The notes under the pieces were generated by a model. That model ran no database searches and was not told the origin of the DNA. It saw only the letters and a list, made by a program, of their open reading frames with translations. Below, piece after piece: positions 57,299 through 64,000 of a stretch of DNA of 64,000 nucleotides. The DNA comes from an uncultured Candidatus Peribacteria bacterium (lineage in GTDB: Bacteria; Patescibacteriota; Gracilibacteria; UBA1369; UBA12473). The translations under genes were made by a program, and so were the position numbers. Every line of letters starts with the position of its first letter. Position 1 is the stretch's first letter. Location: NCBI GenBank assembly GCA_964459205.1, contig CAYWKJ010000001.1, positions 2,759 through 66,758 on the forward strand, given 5' to 3'.

Positions 57299-58561
57299 AT
57301 GGAAAAAGCAACTCTCCCAAGTGGGCTCCGAGTTTTGACTCAAAAAATAGAGGGCACAAAATCAGTTACAGTTTTGATTTTAGCGAAAGCTGGTTCGCGT
57401 TGTGAAACTGCGGATATTCGCGGACTTTCACATTTTTTAGAGCATATGTTTTTTAAAGGCGGTGAAAAGTACGCTAATACAAAAGAGGTTTCTGAGGCGA
57501 TTGATTCCGTGGGAGGTGAGTTTAATGCTTTTACGGGGAAGGAATACGTTGGTTATTACGTGAAAGTGGCATCTGATCACAAAGATATGGCCATGGATGT
57601 TTTGGCGGACATGTTATTGACCGCAAAATTGGATCAAAAAGAGATTGATAAAGAGCGAGGCGTGATTTTGGAGGAATATAATATGTATCAAGACACACCG
57701 ATGTATCAGGTTGGTTGGGATTTTGAAAAATTGCTTTTTGGTGATCAGCCGATGGGCTGGGATCAAATTGGGTTAACTGAGGTAATTGGGCGTTTGGGGC
57801 ATGATGATTTTGTGAATTATAAGAAAAAGTTGTACCGCCCAGACAATTTAGTAATTACCGTGGCCGGTGATGTGGATCATGATGAAATGATGAAAGCTAT
57901 TGGTGAGCGGTTTGAAATGGAAGCGCAAAAAACAGAGTTTGCGTGGCAGCCGATTGAGGATAATGATTCGGCTGATCGCGTTATTTTACAGAAGAAAAAA
58001 ACAGAGCAGGGACATGTTGTGGTGGGGGTGCGAGGTTATCCGGAATCGCATGATGACAATATGGCTATGAAGATGCTTTCTATAATTTTGGGAGGGAATA
58101 TGAGTTCACGGATGTTTTTGAATGTGCGTGAAGCTAAGGGGTTGGCTTATTATATTCAGTCTTCAACTGATGATTATACGGATGCCGGGGTGCTTTCGAC
58201 GCGAGCGGGGGTGGATTTGAATCGGGTGGATTTGGCGGTTTCCGCGATTTGTGAGCAATATGCAGACGTGCGGGATAATGGAGTCCCTGAGGATGAATTA
58301 CAAAAGGCCAAAGATTATTTAAAAGGTAAAATGGTGTTGCGCTTAGAAGATTCAGAAGAATATGCGCATTTACTTGGGAAATATGAAGTTTTGTATGATG
58401 AGGCGCGATCTCCAGAAGACGTGATTGAAATGATTGATGGCGTGACTGCGGCCGATATTGCGCGAATTGCCAAAGAGATCTTCCAAGAAGATAAGCTTTA
58501 TTTAGCTGGGATTGGGCCCTGGGAAGACAAAGAACGATTTTCTAAGCTTCTGCAGTTGTAG
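57299..58561 (+). CDS. M16 family zinc peptidase
   Basis: 420 aa with the inverted zinc motif HFLEH. Confidence 0.8.
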   Translation: MEKATLPSGLRVLTQKIEGTKSVTVLILAKAGSRCETADIRGLSHFLEHMFFKGGEKYANTKEVSEAIDSVGGEFNAFTGKEYVGYYVKVASDHKDMAMDVLADMLLTAKLDQKEIDKERGVILEEYNMYQDTPMYQVGWDFEKLLFGDQPMGWDQIGLTEVIGRLGHDDFVNYKKKLYRPDNLVITVAGDVDHDEMMKAIGERFEMEAQKTEFAWQPIEDNDSADRVILQKKKTEQGHVVVGVRGYPESHDDNMAMKMLSIILGGNMSSRMFLNVREAKGLAYYIQSSTDDYTDAGVLSTRAGVDLNRVDLAVSAICEQYADVRDNGVPEDELQKAKDYLKGKMVLRLEDSEEYAHLLGKYEVLYDEARSPEDVIEMIDGVTAADIARIAKEIFQEDKLYLAGIGPWEDKERFSKLLQL

Positions 58562-59096
58562 GACGTGTTGGAGGGTGGTCGGGAAAAGCCCTCTCAATTT
58601 TGTCGTAGTATCCGCCGGTAGCGCTAGGGGGCTGAATTTTTATTACTTCAATTTCGAAAGCTGTTCTTTGTCCAATTTGAATTGGTCTTGTTGTAGTTTG
58701 GTCTGCTTGCAACCCCATAACAGCTTTAGAAAATGGAGCTTGATATGAATATAGATTTTGGCCGGTATCTAGTTCTCCAAAAGCGCCAATAGTGAAAGTT
58801 CTTTCTTCATCATCACCATCACTCCATTCAATTTGAACAGTAACAGTGCTACCAATTCTAACGTGGCTGTCTTGTTCAGGCGGAGTTGTTATTTGCATTC
58901 TTGCTAGAGCATCTTGTAAGTGACTGGCGCTAGCGGCTGCCTGGTTCGCAATTTGTTCTCCATGCCCTCTGTCCCAAGCGTCAGTGCTGCCATCAGCAGT
59001 TAATTCGCCAGAGCTAGAGATAGGCCTAAGTTTTTCAGCAACTTCAGCTTTTGTACGATCATGCCCCCAAGGGGTGAACACGTTAGTAGTTTGCAT
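58542..59096 (-). CDS. GreA/GreB C-terminal-domain-like protein
   Basis: 184 aa. The C-terminal half (GSTVTVQ..TFTIGAFGELD..YSYQAPFSKAVMGL) resembles the Gre factor FKBP-like domain. Confidence 0.35.
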   Translation of the reverse strand: MQTTNVFTPWGHDRTKAEVAEKLRPISSSGELTADGSTDAWDRGHGEQIANQAAASASHLQDALARMQITTPPEQDSHVRIGSTVTVQIEWSDGDDEERTFTIGAFGELDTGQNLYSYQAPFSKAVMGLQADQTTTRPIQIGQRTAFEIEVIKIQPPSATGGYYDKIERAFPDHPPTRPTTAEA

Positions 59097-59210
59097 AATT
59101 TAAGTTTATTATTTGATTGAATTTTAGCGCGTTTTTATTTTATGTCAAATGACTTGTTTATTTTGTCGGGTACAGTTAATCTTGTTGACGCTAATTTCTA
59201 ACTAAATTTT

Positions 59211-59675
59211 ATGGAACGGACACTTATTTTAATTAAACCAGATGGGATCCAACGTGGGCTGATTGGCCAGATTATTGGTCGGTTTGAAAGAAAGGGCCTT
59301 AAAATGATTGGCCTTAAAATGATGCCTTTAAATGAAGCGATTTTGCGTGAACATTATGCGCATATTGCAGATAAGAGTTTTTATCCGGGAGTGGAGAAAT
59401 TTATGATGGGTTCTCCGGTGGTGGCAATGTGTATTGAGGGGCTAGAAGTTGTAGAAGCTGTTCGTCTTATTACTGGCATTACAAATGCGCGTAAAGCAGA
59501 GGCTGGCTCAATTCGTGGTGACTATGCTATGAGTCTTTCTTGTAATGTGATTCATGCTTCGGATTCAGTAGAAAATGCCGAAAAAGAAGTAGAGAGATTT
59601 TTTAAGGAAGATGAGCTTTATGGTTATCACAAAACTGAATACATGCATGTTTATAACGACGAGGAACTAGCTTAA
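59211..59675 (+). CDS. ndk: Nucleoside diphosphate kinase
   Basis: 154 aa. Has ERTLILIKPDG and NVIHASDS (active-site His). Confidence 0.9.
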   Translation: MERTLILIKPDGIQRGLIGQIIGRFERKGLKMIGLKMMPLNEAILREHYAHIADKSFYPGVEKFMMGSPVVAMCIEGLEVVEAVRLITGITNARKAEAGSIRGDYAMSLSCNVIHASDSVENAEKEVERFFKEDELYGYHKTEYMHVYNDEELA

Positions 59676-59684
59676 AGTTTAAAT

Positions 59685-60737
59685 ATGTTGGCCGAAACCC
59701 TCCTAATTTTATCTGGTTTGTACTTGGCTTGGAGCCTGGGTGCGAATGACGCTGGGAATATTATTTCTACAGCTGTTGGGTCGCGTACGATTTCGTACAA
59801 AAAAGCGATTTGGGTTTTTATTATTTGTTTAGCGATTGGGGCAGTTTTCTTTTCGGGGGAAGTTATTAAGACGGTGAGTTCCGGGATTGTGCCTAGTGAG
59901 GTAATTGGAATGAATCAGGCGACGATTGCTTTGTTTGTGGCGGCTGGATGGGTTCATTTTGCGACTTGGAAAAAGTGGCCAGTTTCGATTAGCCAATCTG
60001 TTGTGAGTGCGGTTTTGGGAGTGGGGATTGTGGAAAGTTTGCGCGTGGGAGTGAATTTGATTTTTTGGGAAAAAGTTTTGATTTTGGCGGGAGTTTGGTT
60101 GTTTTCACCGGTGATTGGATTTTTGGTGGGCTGGATTTTGTTTAAGGTTGTGCATGGGTTTGTGCGCCATCGGCACCTTTATTTTAAAGACACATTGCAT
60201 GATTTGTTTACAGATCCAATTGAGACGGTAGGGGAGATTGTAAGTGGTGAATTGAGGCGAAGGGAGAAGGTTTTTAAAGGGATTTTGTTGTTTTCGGCGG
60301 GATATATGGCGTTGGCCTTGGGATCGAGTACCGTGGCGGCCACAACTGGTTTGCTGTGGTCTGGGTTTGGGGGAATAGAGGTTGATTTTGATTTATTAGG
60401 AGCTTTAAAAATTGGAGTTTTGGTGGCCGTAATACTCGGAATTGTGACTTTTGGAAAAAGATTGATCGATTTTATGGGAAATCGGTTGGTTAAGTTGAAT
60501 GCTTTGCGAGGGGGGATTATTCAATTTGCTACGGCTTCGGTGATTTTGGGGTGTGCTTTGATGGGGTATCCAGTTTCTTCGACTGGAGTTTTTGTAGGGT
60601 CTTTTTTGGGAGTTGATTCTGGTGAAGACCATCCAAAAATGAAAAAACATGCGGCTCGTAGCTTGTGGATGGCGTTTTTGGTAACGATTCCGGTGGTGGT
60701 TGGAGTTTCGGGTTTGGTTAGTTGGGTTTTGGGTTGA
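59685..60737 (+). CDS. PiT-family inorganic phosphate transporter
   Basis: 350 aa. N-terminal GANDAGN signature and multiple TM helices. Confidence 0.7.
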   Translation: MLAETLLILSGLYLAWSLGANDAGNIISTAVGSRTISYKKAIWVFIICLAIGAVFFSGEVIKTVSSGIVPSEVIGMNQATIALFVAAGWVHFATWKKWPVSISQSVVSAVLGVGIVESLRVGVNLIFWEKVLILAGVWLFSPVIGFLVGWILFKVVHGFVRHRHLYFKDTLHDLFTDPIETVGEIVSGELRRREKVFKGILLFSAGYMALALGSSTVAATTGLLWSGFGGIEVDFDLLGALKIGVLVAVILGIVTFGKRLIDFMGNRLVKLNALRGGIIQFATASVILGCALMGYPVSSTGVFVGSFLGVDSGEDHPKMKKHAARSLWMAFLVTIPVVVGVSGLVSWVLG

Positions 60738-60789
60738 CGTTTAGTGGAAAACGGGTATATATTTAGCGCCGTTAATTCACCCCCACCCC

Positions 60790-61818
60790 ATGAAATTAGA
60801 CTTGCCAGTTTTTGAAACTTTTAAAGACGAAGCCGAAGGCTTTGACCGATTAGTAAACCCGGGACATTTTGTTGCGGACCATACACAGGCCCGTCTTTTG
60901 CAGCTTGGTGATGATCTAGAGCGGTTGCGGGATCAAGCGCGGGAGGCTGATTTAGGCCAGTATCAACATTTTTCAAATCCTTTTAAACCAAGAGTTGAGG
61001 GTTTTGAGGGAAAAGATTTTTCATGGATGGCAGAGGCTATGACAAAAGATTTTAGAAGGATGGGGTGTGAGCCTTATTTGACTTATCAATTGATCCGGAG
61101 GGCTGGGTTGTTAGATTTACCAGAAGGAAAAGAGGTAGAGGTAAGAGATGTTTTTTCGTTTATGGGGGAGGCCGCCTTAATGATACAAAGAATAAGAAAC
61201 AAGATGGGGAAGGTTAATGCAACTTGGATATTTGAACCAGGGGATTATGAGACGCAAATGAGAATAGGCGCAATGTTAATAAAGGCTGGAGATCGTGAAA
61301 AGATTGATTTAGAACCAGAAGCAATAAATACAATTCCTAAATATTCTGATAGTGAGCCTGGAATCCCATTTTTGCATCGCAGCCGTGGTGATCAACACAC
61401 GGTTGTATTAGGAGGGGTTGAGGTGGCAAATCCAGAAGCAATGTTAGCTAGAGTTTTGAAAACAATTAGAAAGATTAAAGACCCAACCATGGTGCCAGAT
61501 ATGACAGTTTTACCGCAAGCAAGTTGGCCAGGGGTTTATAGTAGAATGGCAACTCCGCCATATTTTATTGAGGAAGCAGGGTTAGATATTCAAGCTTTAC
61601 AGAGAATTATGAGGGCTTATTTGAAAGGCGGACGAATAACAGGAGAATTACAGCATTTTTCGGCTCGGTTGTTGTCTGCGGCGCGAGCTAAAGTTGTGAG
61701 TGAAAATGCTAGAATTAGGGATGGTGGCTTAGAGGCTAAATTTGAGGAAGTTCAGGAATGGGAAAAAGTTCAATATCCGCCGATTCATATAATTACGGTT
61801 GAAAAAAAAGTTGACTAA
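60790..61818 (+). CDS. Hypothetical protein
   Basis: 342-aa ORF with no recognised motif. Confidence 0.4.
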   Translation: MKLDLPVFETFKDEAEGFDRLVNPGHFVADHTQARLLQLGDDLERLRDQAREADLGQYQHFSNPFKPRVEGFEGKDFSWMAEAMTKDFRRMGCEPYLTYQLIRRAGLLDLPEGKEVEVRDVFSFMGEAALMIQRIRNKMGKVNATWIFEPGDYETQMRIGAMLIKAGDREKIDLEPEAINTIPKYSDSEPGIPFLHRSRGDQHTVVLGGVEVANPEAMLARVLKTIRKIKDPTMVPDMTVLPQASWPGVYSRMATPPYFIEEAGLDIQALQRIMRAYLKGGRITGELQHFSARLLSAARAKVVSENARIRDGGLEAKFEEVQEWEKVQYPPIHIITVEKKVD

Positions 61819-61867
61819 ATTTGTTAGGTGGTTATATTTATCACCTCAAAATTAATAAAAATTAATA

Positions 61868-62110
61868 ATGTCGGATCCAACTGTTCTTGGATCCACCCCA
61901 CCAGAAGTCGCCCAAGAAGGGCAGCTAACTCAAGCTGAGCCAATTGAAGAATTGCCACCTGGTGATGCGCTCCGATTAGATGCGTTGAGAGCGCGTTTGA
62001 ATATGCCAGAAAAAGCAGCAGGATTAGAAACCTTGGCAGCCGCAGGGTTAAATGTGCCAGAACATCGCCATGTTTATTTAGAGAGGAATCCGCAGAAGGG
62101 CAGCGGCTAA
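61868..62110 (+). CDS. Hypothetical small protein
   Basis: 80-aa ORF, co-directional with its neighbours. Confidence 0.3.
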   Translation: MSDPTVLGSTPPEVAQEGQLTQAEPIEELPPGDALRLDALRARLNMPEKAAGLETLAAAGLNVPEHRHVYLERNPQKGSG

Positions 62111-62115
62111 GAATT

Positions 62116-62586
62116 TTGTTAATTGAAAAATATGAGAGATTGTTAGAATTGGCCGAAGAATATCCGCAGTACATGTTAATGATTCCAAGAATAGTAGTTG
62201 CTTTTCACCCTAATCAAAGTCGGAGGCTCGGGATCCCAGAGCTAGATAGGCTTTATGAATTAAGGCAACAATTAATGGAAAATGCTTCAGTTCAATATCG
62301 AGGTTATTCAAAACTTGACATTGGAATGCAGGGGCCGGTAGATAATCATTGTCGGTTTGGAGTGGTGGGGCCACAGCAAATAGCAGTTATGTTTAGCGGT
62401 AAAATATGGAAGCCAAAAGGGACTGATCCGGGGCGCTGGTGCCCACCTAGTTTTGTAGAGGAGTCTCCGCAGGATCCAATTAAGAATTTGAAAGATGGAG
62501 ATCGGGTGCTAGTGATGGTAAAGAGAAAAGATAAGGACCCAGCAAATAAGGATCCGCGAGTTTCTGTGTTGCCGATGGAGGGGTAG
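62116..62586 (+). CDS. Hypothetical protein
   Basis: 156-aa ORF with a TTG start as tracked. An internal ATG start is possible. Confidence 0.35.
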   Translation: MLIEKYERLLELAEEYPQYMLMIPRIVVAFHPNQSRRLGIPELDRLYELRQQLMENASVQYRGYSKLDIGMQGPVDNHCRFGVVGPQQIAVMFSGKIWKPKGTDPGRWCPPSFVEESPQDPIKNLKDGDRVLVMVKRKDKDPANKDPRVSVLPMEG

Positions 62587-62607
62587 ATTTGCTAGGATTC
62601 TGGCGCT

Positions 62608-63762
62608 ATGAAATCATTACTTTTAGAACGGGGTTCGTTTTGGTTGCGATCACAGGATCAGATTTTTGTGGGGCTTGGTGTGGCCAAAGAATGGAAAGCA
62701 AAAACTTTGGAGGAGGCGCAGGTGGCTTTGCAGGAAATGCGAAAGACGCCAGGATTTAAAGCTGGGTATTTTAGTTATGATTTTGGGGTGATGTGGCAAG
62801 GAGTAGAAGCTCAGAAAAAAGACCCGCTTAAGACCCCATTGTTGCATTTTGTGATGCCAAAGGAGCTTTTTGTCTTTGAGGCGGACAGCCTGGAGGCTTA
62901 TAAATTTTTGGAGCAGGAGGTTTTTGAGGCAACAGATCCGCGGGCGGATTTAACCCAAACAGAGTATGAGGAACAGATTGGAAAAATTCATCAACTACTT
63001 AGAGAGGGCGAGACTTATGAAGTAAATTTTGCGCAGCGGTTTGCTGGGGAATTTAAAGGGAATCCATTAGAAGTTTTTCGGCGTTTGAATGAGTTAAACC
63101 CGTCGCCGCATGCTTGTTATTTTAATTTTGATCCGATTATGGTTGTGAGTTGTTCGCCGGAAAGATTGGTTCGTGGTAAGCAAGAAAATGGGCGAATGGT
63201 TTTGGAAACACGGCCGATAAAAGGGACGGTCCCGCGTGGCAACACTCCCGAGGAAGATGCCGCATACATTGAGCAGCTTTTGGCCAGCAAAAAAGACGAG
63301 GCTGAGCTGAATATGATTGTGGATTTAGCGCGTAATGATTTGGGTCGAGTTTGTGAAATTGGCTCGGTGGAGGTAACGGAGCATCGCGCTATAGAATCCT
63401 ATTCGCATGTTCATCATACGATATCTAATGTTCGGGGTGTTCTGCGCGATAGTTTGGATTGGGTAGATGTTGTGAAGGCCCTTTTTCCAGGAGGGTCAAT
63501 TACTGGTGCCCCTAAGTATCGGACTATGGAAATTATTGATAATTTAGAGCCTTGTTTGCGCGGAATTTATACAGGATCGGCCGGTTATATTGATGAAAAT
63601 GGGCAGTTTGATTTTAATATTTTGATTCGGACTTTCGCCTTTAATTTAGAACAGCAAAAATATTCCTATCATTCTGGCGGGGCAATTGTAATTGATTCAG
63701 AGGCGAGCGCTGAATATGAGGAAACATTGCAAAAAGCAGCGGCTTTAAAAGGAGTGCTGTAG
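62608..63762 (+). CDS. pabB: Chorismate-binding enzyme, aminodeoxychorismate/anthranilate synthase component I-like
   Basis: 384 aa. Has SPERL, TRPIKGT, DLARNDLGRV and PGGSITGAPK motifs. Confidence 0.7.
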   Translation: MKSLLLERGSFWLRSQDQIFVGLGVAKEWKAKTLEEAQVALQEMRKTPGFKAGYFSYDFGVMWQGVEAQKKDPLKTPLLHFVMPKELFVFEADSLEAYKFLEQEVFEATDPRADLTQTEYEEQIGKIHQLLREGETYEVNFAQRFAGEFKGNPLEVFRRLNELNPSPHACYFNFDPIMVVSCSPERLVRGKQENGRMVLETRPIKGTVPRGNTPEEDAAYIEQLLASKKDEAELNMIVDLARNDLGRVCEIGSVEVTEHRAIESYSHVHHTISNVRGVLRDSLDWVDVVKALFPGGSITGAPKYRTMEIIDNLEPCLRGIYTGSAGYIDENGQFDFNILIRTFAFNLEQQKYSYHSGGAIVIDSEASAEYEETLQKAAALKGVL

Positions 63763-63852
63763 TGAGTTGTTAAATCTTATTAACCATACTTACTTGATTT
63801 AATTTAAGTGGGTGTTATTTTGAATTTCCATTATTCTTTAATCCTTTTAATT

Positions 63853-64000
63853 ATGGGAGATGTTATAAAATTTCCTGGCGGCGAGCAAGTGGCAGACCCG
63901 CTTGAGGATGGCCCGCCAGGTCATAAAATTCGGATTGCTGGGGGGCAGGATTTAGATTTTGATCCTAACTTGCAAGGGGCGCGCAAGCAGGTGGCAGATC
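63853..64000 (+). CDS. Possible 5' end of a hypothetical gene running off the window
   Basis: ATG at 63853, with the frame open to the window end. No clear RBS. Confidence 0.25.
   Translation, partial: MGDVIKFPGGEQVADPLEDGPPGHKIRIAGGQDLDFDPNLQGARKQVAD

Noticed and set aside
1-64000. Search for CRISPR arrays, rRNA genes, prophage, integrase or transposase genes, and named defence systems.
   Set aside because: No regularly spaced direct repeats with unique spacers, no rRNA signatures, and no recognisable recombinase, RT, Cas or restriction motifs in any tracked ORF.

Overview
AT-rich window (about 40% GC by eye) from a small-genome bacterium. Gene content and many ORFans suggest a CPR/Patescibacteria-type lineage using the standard genetic code; this is inference. 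Most of the window is housekeeping. It covers cell wall (murD-like, PBP1A, class B PBP, O-antigen-ligase-like), replication and repair (dnaN, mfd, topA, HU), translation (pheST, efp, smpB, rpmB, rpmG, three tRNAs, tmRNA), NAD metabolism (nadE, NMNAT), RNase J, ndk and a PiT transporter. It also has large surface proteins (CARDB repeats, SLH plus beta-propeller). The standout is a family of five GC-rich islands: E1 12191-12659 (+), E2 19338-19981 (-), E3 20190-20848 (-), E4 44552-45046 (-), E5 47752-48112 (-). Each is enclosed by a 14-17 nt inverted repeat that starts GACA and ends TGTC. The repeat sequence differs between elements, but the partner arm changes to match. Each island is preceded by a near-consensus sigma70-type promoter at a nearly fixed distance and carries an unrelated Shine-Dalgarno-led small ORF. 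All G-U wobble positions work only on the ORF-sense strand, which argues for an RNA-level closing helix rather than transposase-type terminal repeats. Elements sit next to tmRNA, tRNA-Thr and tRNA-Trp, and one pair is tandem behind PBP1A. E4 and E5 each face a conserved repeat of about 115-130 nt with a tiny hydrophobic sORF. I could not match this architecture to integrons, IS/MITEs, retrons or a named ncRNA family. Other notes are a candidate oriC upstream of dnaN, a PP-loop/MurD gene pair, and a long tmRNA tag. No CRISPR array, rRNA, transposase or integrase was seen.
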